Of a stretch of 32,000 nucleotides of DNA, positions 16,740-25,559 are shown piece after piece. The stretch is from positions 120,001 through 152,000 of the forward strand of contig JANQMZ010000007.1 in assembly GCA_028279805.1 (NCBI GenBank), given 5' to 3'. The position numbers and the translations under genes were made by a program. Within the stretch, counting starts at the first letter, position 1; every line of letters starts with the position of its first letter. Origin of the DNA: an archaeon (GTDB taxonomy: Archaea; Iainarchaeota; Iainarchaeia; Iainarchaeales; JANQMZ01). The notes under the pieces are model-generated. The model did not search any database, was not told the DNA's origin, and saw only the letters and a list, made by a program, of their open reading frames with translations.

Positions 16740-17681
16740 TCAAGCCCTCTTCAAAAAATTCTGATAAGTTTCAACAACTTCACTTATCTGGGGCGTGTTC
16801 CAGACATTTTCACCTGTCCAGTGTTCTGAAACAGACATATACATTTGTGAAGCAATGTCAATTAATTCTTTCGGCAAATTTTCAGGTTTTGGCGCGTTTT
16901 TAGGGTTTTCTTCCACTTCTTTTGCCCAGCTTGTTGTGGTATAATAATCCCTTAAAACCTGTTTATTTACATTAATTTCATTAAAAATTAACCTGTTTTC
17001 ATCCGGCGTTCCTACCACGTCAACCAGCATTAATTCTCCGGAATCATCAATTGCAAATTCCACTTTTCCGTCTGCGTGCTCCAGTCCAATGCTTTGTGAT
17101 TTTTGTGTAATCCATTCATTTATTTTTTGTGCAAAACTTTTCATTTGACTCATTTGTTCATCGGTTAAAAATGAAAGTTTTTGAGCTTCATCCCATGTTA
17201 AATATCTGTCTTTTGATTCAAGTTTTGTGGAAACATCCAGAATCGGTTTTTCAAGTTTTGTTCCCGGTTCAGGAACAAAATCCAATCCTAATTCTTCCCA
17301 CGTGGTTTCCTTTTTTTCAATTCTTTTAAAAACGCTTGAACCTTTCGGCAAAGAATTTCTGAAAATTATTTCCAATGGCACCAGATAATTTGTTTCATTT
17401 TCACTTATTTCATTTTTTTGAGGGTATAAAACGCGGACAAGTTTTACTTTCATTTCACTTCCTTTGGGCATTTCAATAAAATGGTTTTTTATTCCAAGTT
17501 TTGACAATTCTTTAAAATTGTATGAAGCCATTCTGCAAATGCTTTCCCCTTTGTTGGGAATTTCATCAGGCATTTTTCCAAAATCAAAAACAGAATAATC
17601 GTTTGTAAAATCAAATACACCCAAACCCATTTTTTCTTTTTCTGCTTTTTCAATTATTTTCAGATTTTTAACTGAACCCAT
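16740..17681 (-). CDS. purC: Phosphoribosylaminoimidazole-succinocarboxamide synthase
   Basis: VPLEIIFRNSLPKGSSVFKR, GLEHADGKVEFAIDDSGELMLVDVVGTPDENR; directly abuts purB. Confidence 0.93.
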   Translation of the reverse strand: MGSVKNLKIIEKAEKEKMGLGVFDFTNDYSVFDFGKMPDEIPNKGESICRMASYNFKELSKLGIKNHFIEMPKGSEMKVKLVRVLYPQKNEISENETNYLVPLEIIFRNSLPKGSSVFKRIEKKETTWEELGLDFVPEPGTKLEKPILDVSTKLESKDRYLTWDEAQKLSFLTDEQMSQMKSFAQKINEWITQKSQSIGLEHADGKVEFAIDDSGELMLVDVVGTPDENRLIFNEINVNKQVLRDYYTTTSWAKEVEENPKNAPKPENLPKELIDIASQMYMSVSEHWTGENVWNTPQISEVVETYQNFLKRA

Positions 17682-17682
17682 T

Positions 17683-18465
17683 TTACCACCTTTCCTTTAA
17701 AATTTCTTTTTTTTTCTCCAACCTTAACTGTTTAATTTTTTTAAATGTTTTTTTTGTTCCGATAATCTGCAATGCAATTAATGCCGCGTTATCTCCCCTG
17801 TTTAAGCCTGTCCAGTTTCCTTTTTTTGACATTTTTAATAATCGTAAAGAATCTTTTGCATTGTTTTTGTTTTTAACAGGCACAAATAAAACCATTTTAT
17901 TTTTAACATCGGGAACTTTTTGCCCCAGTTTTAAAAAATCAATGTAAACCATTTTTTTTTCATCATATTTTGGTTTTTCCTGAACAATATAATTCATGTC
18001 AAGTTTTTCCAAAATTTGTCTCGCTTTATCCATTGCTTTTTCATTTTCTTTTCCTTTTCTTTTGATTAATGTTATGCCTGAAAATTTTTCTTTTTCAATC
18101 AGTGCAGCGGTTTCTGCAGCCTGTTTCCAGTTGTCAACCCCAACTCCTAAAACAGCTATTCCCGGCGGAATCTGATGAACGCTTAGCAATGCATCCAAAC
18201 CAGAATAGTTGCCTGAAACAGGGACACCAATAATTGGCTTTAAGGATAATGAAGCTAAAACACCGGGCAATGCCGCGCTTAAACCTGCTCCCCCGATTAA
18301 AACTTTTGAATTGCTTTTTTTCACGCTTTTTTCGAGCTCTTTTGGGGTTCTGTGGGCGGAAAGCACTTTTACCATTGCCTTGATTTTTTTGCGTTCAAGT
18401 TGTTTTTTTAAAGGCAAAAATACGTTTTTATCGGATGCCGAACCAAAATAAATTGAAACACTCAT
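17683..18465 (-). CDS. purE: N5-carboxyaminoimidazole ribonucleotide mutase / AIR carboxylase catalytic subunit with degenerate second PurE-like segment
   Basis: VSIYFGSASDKN, VLSAHRTPKEL, IGGAGLSAALPGVLASLSLKPIIGVPV, GLDALLSVHQIPPGIAV. C-terminal extension ends GLNRGDNAALIALQII, resembling the PurE terminal helix. Confidence 0.92.
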   Translation of the reverse strand: MSVSIYFGSASDKNVFLPLKKQLERKKIKAMVKVLSAHRTPKELEKSVKKSNSKVLIGGAGLSAALPGVLASLSLKPIIGVPVSGNYSGLDALLSVHQIPPGIAVLGVGVDNWKQAAETAALIEKEKFSGITLIKRKGKENEKAMDKARQILEKLDMNYIVQEKPKYDEKKMVYIDFLKLGQKVPDVKNKMVLFVPVKNKNNAKDSLRLLKMSKKGNWTGLNRGDNAALIALQIIGTKKTFKKIKQLRLEKKKEILKERW

Positions 18466-18522
18466 GTTTTCACAGAAAATTTTGATAGAAAAAGATTAAA
18501 TATTTAGTCTTATTTTTTTTAC

Positions 18523-19806
18523 ATGGATAAAAAACAGGCAGTTGAATATTTAGAATCATTTGACTCTTTTAAAAAAGAATTCACGCTTGACAACATAAAA
18601 AAATTGCTGGCAGAATTTGACAATCCTCAGAATTCTTTTAAAAGCATTAAAATTGCAGGAACAAACGGCAAAGGCTCAACATCTTCTTTTTTAAGCTCAA
18701 TTTTAAAATCAGCGGGATTCAAAACAGGTCTGGTTTTAAGCCCGCATGTTCTGGATTATAATGAAAGAATTCAGGTTAATGGCAAGCCAATTTCAGATGA
18801 AAATTTTGCAAAATTTATTGAAATTGTTAAAAACAAAGTTGAAGAAAAAAAAATTGAATCAAGCTTGTTTGAAATTCTGACAACAGCACAATTTTTATAT
18901 TTTAAAGAACAAAAAATAGACTTTGCTGTTCTGGAAATTGGTCTTGGCGGAAGACTGGATGCAATAAACACAGCTCAAAGCATTATAACCATTATTACAA
19001 ATGTTGAAATAGAACATGCAAATGTTTTAGGTTCAACTTTTGAACAAATTGCTCTGGAAAAATCAGAAGCTTTAAATGAAAACTCTGTTTTAATAACATC
19101 TGAAGGAAAACCAAATGTTTTGGAAGTGTTTGAACAAAAAGTTTTGGAAAAAAATTCTGAATTTTTTGCATTAAAAGTTGACTTTGATTATAAAACAATT
19201 AATGAAAGTATTGAAGAACAGGAATTTGACTTTAATTTTAATGACAAAATTTTAAAATCACTCAGAACAAAAATAATCGGGCCTCACCAGTTTAAAAATG
19301 CGTCACTTGCAGTTGCAGCTGCAATTGTTTTAAACAATAAGGGCTTTGAAGTTGATGATGAAAGCATTCGCTTAGGCTTAATGGATGCACATATTCCGGC
19401 AAGATTTCAAAAAGTTTTTGACAACCCTTTAATTTTTCTGGATTCTGCTCACAATCCTTCAGGGTGCATGGCTTTGTCAAGAACAATTAAAAGAATTTTA
19501 AAAGACAAAACAATAACACTTGTTTTTGGGTGTTCTGAAGACAAAAACTATAAGGAAATGCTGTCAATTTTACTTCCTTTAGCCAAAAGAGTGTATTTTA
19601 CACAGGCAAAATACAGAGGCAGGGACGCACAGGACTTATCAGATTCAACTCTCGCCATCAAACCGGGAATTGAATCCTATGTCATTCCGGATGTGCAAAA
19701 AGCGGTTTTAAAGGCCAAAAGTGATGTTCCAAGTTCTAATGCTTTAATTGTATGCGGCTCAATTTTTCTGGTTTCAGAAGCATTAAAAGTTTTAGAGCAA
19801 AAATAA
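18523..19806 (+). CDS. folC: Folylpolyglutamate synthase/dihydrofolate synthase family protein
   Basis: IAGTNGKGSTSSFLSSILKSAGFKTGLVLSPHVLDYNERIQVNG, VLEIGLGGRLDAIN, DSAHNPSG: Mur-ligase-type FolC motifs. Confidence 0.94.
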   Translation: MDKKQAVEYLESFDSFKKEFTLDNIKKLLAEFDNPQNSFKSIKIAGTNGKGSTSSFLSSILKSAGFKTGLVLSPHVLDYNERIQVNGKPISDENFAKFIEIVKNKVEEKKIESSLFEILTTAQFLYFKEQKIDFAVLEIGLGGRLDAINTAQSIITIITNVEIEHANVLGSTFEQIALEKSEALNENSVLITSEGKPNVLEVFEQKVLEKNSEFFALKVDFDYKTINESIEEQEFDFNFNDKILKSLRTKIIGPHQFKNASLAVAAAIVLNNKGFEVDDESIRLGLMDAHIPARFQKVFDNPLIFLDSAHNPSGCMALSRTIKRILKDKTITLVFGCSEDKNYKEMLSILLPLAKRVYFTQAKYRGRDAQDLSDSTLAIKPGIESYVIPDVQKAVLKAKSDVPSSNALIVCGSIFLVSEALKVLEQK

Positions 19807-19868
19807 TGAGAAGTTTTTTAAACAGTTTAAGCTTTCATAGTTAGCAATTATTTTGGGGGTTTTTTTTA

Positions 19869-20567
19869 ATGTTTTCAGATTTTTTTAACAGAAAAAAAAT
19901 TTTGTTCCTGTTTATTTTTGCAATTTTAAGCTTTGTTGCTTTTCACATAAATGTTGCACAAATTGTAGGAATAGATAACCAGTTTTTTACATTGTTTCAG
20001 ATGATTGGGCCTTTGCCGGGAATTTTTTTGGGACCTTTTGTGGGAATTGCAGCTGTTTTAATTGCACAAATTACCAATTATTTTTTTCTTGGAAGAGCTT
20101 TTGATGTAATAGGAATTGCAAGACTTTTGCCAATGTTGTTTGCTGTTTACTATTTTGGCACAAGCAAAAATGATTTGAAAAAAATCGGCGCACCAATTGC
20201 AGCAATTCTGGCTTTTGTAACTCATCCGGTCGGAATGCAGGCCTGGTTTTTTTCATTATTCTGGTTAATTCCGGTTTTTGTAATTTTTTCAGATAATTTG
20301 TTTCTGAAAAGCCTTGGAACAACTTTTACAGCGCATGCAGTCGGGGGCGCGGTGTGGATTCATACTTTTCCCACAACACCTGAATTTTGGACAGCGTTGA
20401 TTCCGGTTGTTGCAACTGAAAGATTGTTGTTTGCGGTTGGAATTGCGGCAAGTTTTGTCATTTTAAACACTGTTTTGAACAAAGTTGAATCTGTTCTGAA
20501 TACAGGTGTGTTAAATATTGACAAAAAATATGTTTTAAGCAAAAAATTGTTCAGGTTAAATGCCTGA
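19869..20567 (+). CDS. Multi-pass membrane protein, possibly an ECF-type transporter S component
   Basis: About 5-6 hydrophobic segments. N-terminal Gly-rich helix pair GPLPGIFLGPFVGIAAVLIAQITNYFF resembles S-component/energy-coupling-type proteins. Lies between folC and glyA. Confidence 0.45.
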   Translation: MFSDFFNRKKILFLFIFAILSFVAFHINVAQIVGIDNQFFTLFQMIGPLPGIFLGPFVGIAAVLIAQITNYFFLGRAFDVIGIARLLPMLFAVYYFGTSKNDLKKIGAPIAAILAFVTHPVGMQAWFFSLFWLIPVFVIFSDNLFLKSLGTTFTAHAVGGAVWIHTFPTTPEFWTALIPVVATERLLFAVGIAASFVILNTVLNKVESVLNTGVLNIDKKYVLSKKLFRLNA

Positions 20568-20638
20568 ACACCCTGTTTTTTTTCCTGGGCTTTACTTTAA
20601 AAACACTTTATTGTTAATTTCTTTTTTCCGGTGAAAAA

Positions 20639-21889
20639 ATGCCTTCAATGCATCTTGACAAAGTAAAAGAATTTGATTCTGAACTGCATGGCATGCTTTT
20701 AAGGGAGCAGCAGAGGCAAATGGACGGCATTGAATTGATTCCAAGCGAAAACATTGTTTCAGACGCTGTTTTGGAAGCAATGGGTTCTGTTCCCACAAAC
20801 AAATATTCAGAGGGTTATCCGGGTAAAAGATATTATGGTGGAAACGAGGTCATTGATGAAATTGAAAATCTTGCAATTAACCGTTTAAAAAAATTGTTTG
20901 ACTGTGAACATGCAAATGTTCAGCCTTTATCCGGTTCTCCTGCAAACATGGCAGCTTATTCCGCTTTGTTAAAGCCAAATGATACAATAATGGGTTTAAG
21001 GCTTGATATGGGCGGGCATTTAACTCATGGCTATAAAATTAATTTTTCAGGACAATTTTTTAAAGGAGAACCATATGTTCTGGATAAAAAAACGGAATTG
21101 CTTGACTATGATGAAATTTTAAAACAGGCAAAAACAGTTAAACCAGGAGTAATTGTTTCAGGTTATTCTGCTTATCCGAGAAAAATTGATTTTAAGCATT
21201 TTAAGGAAATTTGTGAAGAAGTTGATGCCTATTCAATGGCTGACATTGCACACATTGCAGGATTAATTGTAGGAAAACAGCATGACAATCCTTTTCCTCA
21301 TACCGATGTTGTTACAACCACAACCCATAAGACTTTGCGCGGCCCGAGAGGCGCTGCAATTATGTGCAAAGAAGAATTTGCACAGGCAATTGACAAAGCT
21401 GTTTTTCCGGGAATGCAAGGAGGCCCTCACGAACACATTGTTGCAGCCAAAGCTGTTGCATTCAAAGAATGTTTAATGCCGGAATTTGAAGAATATGCAA
21501 AACAAATTGTGTTAAATGCAAAGGCAATGGCTTCAGAATTAATGGAAAAAGGCTGGCGATTAGTTTCAAACGGCACTGATAATCATTTAATGCTGGTTGA
21601 CGTGTGGAGTGAAAACATTACAGGAAAAGATGCAGAACTTGCTTTGGAACAGGTTGGAATTTATTGTAACAAAAACACAATTCCGTGGGATGAACGCTCC
21701 CCTTTTAACCCGTCAGGCATCAGGATAGGCACGCCTGTTCTGACTACGCGGGGAATGAAAGAATCTGAATCAAAACTTATTGCAGAATTGATTGATAAAA
21801 CTTTAAAAAACAAGGATAATGTTTCAGCTAAAAAAAGAATCAAACAGGAAGTTAAAGAATTGTGCCAAAAATTTGTTTTTTATGATTAA
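20639..21889 (+). CDS. glyA: Serine hydroxymethyltransferase
   Basis: ELIPSENIVSDAVLEAMGS, NKYSEGYPGKRYYGG, VVTTTTHKTLRGPRGA (PLP lysine). Confidence 0.97.
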   Translation: MPSMHLDKVKEFDSELHGMLLREQQRQMDGIELIPSENIVSDAVLEAMGSVPTNKYSEGYPGKRYYGGNEVIDEIENLAINRLKKLFDCEHANVQPLSGSPANMAAYSALLKPNDTIMGLRLDMGGHLTHGYKINFSGQFFKGEPYVLDKKTELLDYDEILKQAKTVKPGVIVSGYSAYPRKIDFKHFKEICEEVDAYSMADIAHIAGLIVGKQHDNPFPHTDVVTTTTHKTLRGPRGAAIMCKEEFAQAIDKAVFPGMQGGPHEHIVAAKAVAFKECLMPEFEEYAKQIVLNAKAMASELMEKGWRLVSNGTDNHLMLVDVWSENITGKDAELALEQVGIYCNKNTIPWDERSPFNPSGIRIGTPVLTTRGMKESESKLIAELIDKTLKNKDNVSAKKRIKQEVKELCQKFVFYD

Positions 21890-21891
21890 AA

Positions 21892-22743
21892 ATGTCTGCA
21901 AAAATAATTGACGGAAAACTTATTTCAAAACAGGTTCTTGAAAGTGTTGCACAGGATTTTAAAAATTTAAAACAAAAAAATATTGTTCCCGGTTTGGCTG
22001 TTGTTCTGGTTGGAAATGATCCGGCTTCTGTTTTGTATGTTGAAAAAAAACAACAGGCATGCAAAAACCTGGGTTTTTTTTCTGTTAAAATTTCTTTGGC
22101 TGAAAATGTTTCAGAAAAAGAATTATTGAATGAAATTGAAAAGCTGAACAATGATAAAAAAATTCACGGAATTTTGGTGCAGCTGCCTTTGCCAAAACAT
22201 GTTAACACTGAAAAAATTATTGAAGCCATTTCTCCAAAAAAAGATGTAGACGGTTTCACATCCCAGAATCTTGGAAAAATTGCTCTGGGTTTGGAAAAAG
22301 ATGCTTTGGTGTCATGCACTCCCAAAGGCGTTATTAAATTAATTGAATCAACTGGCACTGAAATTAAAGGCAAAAATGTAACAGTTGTGGGCAAAAGCAT
22401 TACTGTAGGCAAACCATTGTCTTTGTTGCTGTTAAATAGGAATGCAACTTTGACTGTGTGTGACAAGTTTACAAAAAACTTAAAACAAAAATGTTTAAAT
22501 GCAGACATTTTAATTTCCGCAACAGGAAAAGCCGAATTGATAACAAAAGAAATGGTTAAACCTGAAGCCGTTGTTCTGGATGTCGGCACAAAAAAAATAG
22601 GGAACAAAGTTGTGGGAGATGTTGTTTTTGAAGATGTTAAAGAAAAAGCTTCTTTTATTACTCCTGTGCCCGGCGGTGTCGGGCCGATGACTGTTGCCTG
22701 TTTGATGGAAAACACTTTACTGGCTGCGAAAAACTCTTTATGA
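21892..22743 (+). CDS. folD: Bifunctional methylenetetrahydrofolate dehydrogenase/methenyltetrahydrofolate cyclohydrolase
   Basis: PGLAVVLVGNDPASVLYVEKKQQACKNLGF, HGILVQLPLPKHVN, CTPKGVIKLIE, TPVPGGVGPMTVACLMENT. Confidence 0.97.
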   Translation: MSAKIIDGKLISKQVLESVAQDFKNLKQKNIVPGLAVVLVGNDPASVLYVEKKQQACKNLGFFSVKISLAENVSEKELLNEIEKLNNDKKIHGILVQLPLPKHVNTEKIIEAISPKKDVDGFTSQNLGKIALGLEKDALVSCTPKGVIKLIESTGTEIKGKNVTVVGKSITVGKPLSLLLLNRNATLTVCDKFTKNLKQKCLNADILISATGKAELITKEMVKPEAVVLDVGTKKIGNKVVGDVVFEDVKEKASFITPVPGGVGPMTVACLMENTLLAAKNSL

Positions 22744-22807
22744 ACAATTCGGCTTAAACCGAACAAAAAACAATCCTTTTTTAATAATCAAGGCAAATAA
22801 TTATTCC

Positions 22808-24847
22808 ATGGCTTCAAAAAATTTTATGATTGTTCTGGTTGCATTTGTTTTAATTGCAGCTGTTCTGATTTCAGACAATTCTGAAAAAATATCAGGATAT
22901 TCAGAATCAGAAATTCCAAAATTTGCATCATGCACTGAATTAAAAAAAACGTTTGATGAGGCCCGTTTGAAAGGCGGGCGTGGTTTTGGCATTGAAGCTG
23001 ATATTTTAACAGCAGGCGCAACAACTGATGTTACAACCGATTCAACAACAGCACAATCCGAATCTTCATCCACTCCCGGTTCTGTGTCGCCTGATTTTTC
23101 CGGCACAAATGTTCAGGTTGAGGGCGTTGACGAAGCTGATTTTTTAAAAACGGATGGAAAATTTATTTACCAGTTGTCTCAAGGGAGTATGGCAATTTCA
23201 CAGGCTTATCCTGCTGAAAAAGCTGAATTGTTTTCTTTAACAAAACTGGATGAAGATTTTAATCCTCAGGAAATGCTTGTGCATGGAAATACTTTGATTT
23301 TGTTCGGACAAACTTTTCAGAGAATTTTATACCCTGAACCGATTCCGACTCCTGTTATAGGCTTGCCTGAAGTTTCCGAGAGTATTGCTCCCGGTGAATA
23401 TTATCCTCCTTATTACAGGAAAAATTTTACAACAATTCAGTTATGGGATGTAAGCAATAAGGGAAATCCTGAACTTAAAAGAACAATTGATTTTGAAGGG
23501 CAATACAGGGAGTCAAGAAAAATAGGTTCAGATGTTTATTTTGTTATAACAAGTTATCCTCATTATGCAATTTTTGAAAGCGAAACAGCTGATGATGCAC
23601 TTGTTCCTGTTGTAAGAGATTCAAAGGAAAATGAGGATTTTGAAAAAATTGGTGAATGCGGAACAATTGGTTATCTGCCTCCGGTTCGTGCAGAATCTTT
23701 TATAACGGTTGCTTCACTTGATCTGGATTCTTTTGATTCTGAAATTGAAAAAGAAACAGTTGTGGGTTCAGGGCAAAATGTTTATGCTTCAACAAACAAC
23801 CTGTATTTTGCTGAAACAACTTATGATTATGTAATTGCAGAGCCTTTAGATAAAAGAATGGGAATTTTGCCGATAAGAAACACTGTTCAGCAGACACACA
23901 TTCACAAGTTTTCACTGGACAACGGCAAAATTGATTATCAGGGAAATGGTGAAGCTCCGGGCAGAATTTTGAACCAGTTTTCAATGGATGAATTTGAAAA
24001 CAATTTCAGAATTGCCACAACAACAGATAATGCTTTAATAAATGGCAACAGAACAACTTCAAACAATGTTTATGTTCTGGATTCAGAATTAAATTTGATT
24101 GGAAGTTTGGAAGAACTGGCACCGGGCGAACAAATTTTTTCAGCAAGATTTATGGGAAGCAAGCTTTACATGGTTACTTTTCAAAAAATTGACCCTTTGT
24201 TTGTAATTGATTTGTCTGAACCAAAAAATCCAAAAGTTTTGGGCAAATTAAAAATTCCCGGCTTTAGTGATTATTTACATCCTTTTGATGACAAACATAT
24301 TATTGGTGTCGGAAAGGAAGCAATTGAAGCTGAACAGGGAAACTTTGCATGGTATCAGGGCTTAAAACTTGCATTGTTTGATGTTTCAGATGTTGAAAAT
24401 CCTGTTCAGCTGCACCAGCAAATTATTGGGGACAGGGGAACAGAATCTTATGCTTTAAATGACCATAAAGCTTTTTTGTTTGACAGGGAAAGAGAATTGC
24501 TTGTGTTGCCTGTAACTCTGGCTGAAATTAAAAACAAGGATACAGCTAAAACCAATACTTTTGGTGAATTTGTTTTTCAGGGTTCTTATGTTTTTAATTT
24601 GACAACTGAAAATGGTTTTGAGTTGCGTGACAGAATAACACACAATGAAGATGATGAAATTTTTACAAAATCAGGGCATTATTTTTTTGGCAATAATTTT
24701 TCCATTAAAAGAGCTTTATATATTGATGACATTCTTTACACTGTTTCAGATGGAAAAATTTTGGGCAATTCTTTGAATGATTTGGAAGAACTGGTTAAAA
24801 TTAATATTCCTGTAAAGGAAACCCCTGTTTATTACGGTTTTGAATAA
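22808..24847 (+). CDS. Secreted/membrane-anchored beta-propeller domain protein (PF09826-like)
   Basis: N-terminal hydrophobic signal/anchor, then TNVQVEGVDEADFLKTDGKFIYQLSQG, the typical opening of secreted C-terminal beta-propeller proteins, plus blade-like repeats. Confidence 0.85.
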   Translation: MASKNFMIVLVAFVLIAAVLISDNSEKISGYSESEIPKFASCTELKKTFDEARLKGGRGFGIEADILTAGATTDVTTDSTTAQSESSSTPGSVSPDFSGTNVQVEGVDEADFLKTDGKFIYQLSQGSMAISQAYPAEKAELFSLTKLDEDFNPQEMLVHGNTLILFGQTFQRILYPEPIPTPVIGLPEVSESIAPGEYYPPYYRKNFTTIQLWDVSNKGNPELKRTIDFEGQYRESRKIGSDVYFVITSYPHYAIFESETADDALVPVVRDSKENEDFEKIGECGTIGYLPPVRAESFITVASLDLDSFDSEIEKETVVGSGQNVYASTNNLYFAETTYDYVIAEPLDKRMGILPIRNTVQQTHIHKFSLDNGKIDYQGNGEAPGRILNQFSMDEFENNFRIATTTDNALINGNRTTSNNVYVLDSELNLIGSLEELAPGEQIFSARFMGSKLYMVTFQKIDPLFVIDLSEPKNPKVLGKLKIPGFSDYLHPFDDKHIIGVGKEAIEAEQGNFAWYQGLKLALFDVSDVENPVQLHQQIIGDRGTESYALNDHKAFLFDRERELLVLPVTLAEIKNKDTAKTNTFGEFVFQGSYVFNLTTENGFELRDRITHNEDDEIFTKSGHYFFGNNFSIKRALYIDDILYTVSDGKILGNSLNDLEELVKINIPVKETPVYYGFE

Positions 24848-24860
24848 AGCCCGATAAAAC

Positions 24861-24875
24861 ACTTTTAAACACTTT
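24861..24875 (+). promoter_or_regulatory. Putative purN promoter TATA element
   Basis: ACTTTTAAACACTTT, about 40 nt upstream of the ATG at 24909; similar strings occur before other starts in the window. Confidence 0.4.
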
Positions 24876-24908
24876 GCTCATTAGATTTTTCCTGGGTTGG
24901 AATATTTC

Positions 24909-25559
24909 ATGGCCAAAAAGCTTGTTTTGGGAATTCTTGGTTCAACAAAGGGAAGTGATTTGCCTGCAATAATTAATGCAGTTGAACATGAAGAAATTAA
25001 CGCTGAAATCGGTGTTATTGTTTCTGATAAAAAAAATTCAGGAATTTTAAAAAAAGCAAAAGAAGCAAAATTAAACAATGTTTTTATTGACCCTAAAGGA
25101 AAAGAACGAGAACAATTTGACCAAGAAATAATGAACGTTTTAAAAGAAAACAAAGTAAACCTGGTTATTTTAATTGGTTACATGCGTTTGTTCGGAAAAA
25201 AGTTTGTTAAAAGATGGGGGCACAGGTGCATGAATGTTCATCCTTCACTGCTTCCTGCTTTTGCCGGCGGAATGAACAAAAATGTTCATAAAGCTGTATT
25301 AAAGTCCGGCGTAAAAGTATCCGGTTGTACTTTGCATTTTGTTTCACATGAAGCTGATTCCGGGCCAATAATTTTGCAAAGAGCTGTTCCCATTTATGAA
25401 AAAGACAATGTTAATTCTCTTAAGGAAAGAGTTCAGGAAGCTGAACAGGAAATACTTGTTAAAGGAATAAGGCTTTATCAGGAAGAAAGACTTGAAATTA
25501 AAAGACACAAGGTGAAAATTCTTGAAAGTGAAGAGAGCCCTGATATCCACATGGAATAA
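24909..25559 (+). CDS. purN: Phosphoribosylglycinamide formyltransferase (folate-dependent)
   Basis: KLVLGILGSTKGSDLPAII, NVHPSLLPAFAG, HKAVLKSGVKVSGCTLHFVSHEADSGPIILQRAVPI. ATG at 24909 preferred over the track's 24897 start. Confidence 0.94.
   Translation: MAKKLVLGILGSTKGSDLPAIINAVEHEEINAEIGVIVSDKKNSGILKKAKEAKLNNVFIDPKGKEREQFDQEIMNVLKENKVNLVILIGYMRLFGKKFVKRWGHRCMNVHPSLLPAFAGGMNKNVHKAVLKSGVKVSGCTLHFVSHEADSGPIILQRAVPIYEKDNVNSLKERVQEAEQEILVKGIRLYQEERLEIKRHKVKILESEESPDIHME

Noticed and set aside
17683-17683. purE extension as a separate gene or pseudogene
   Set aside because: The frame is continuous with the PurE domain and no stop or plausible independent start separates them.
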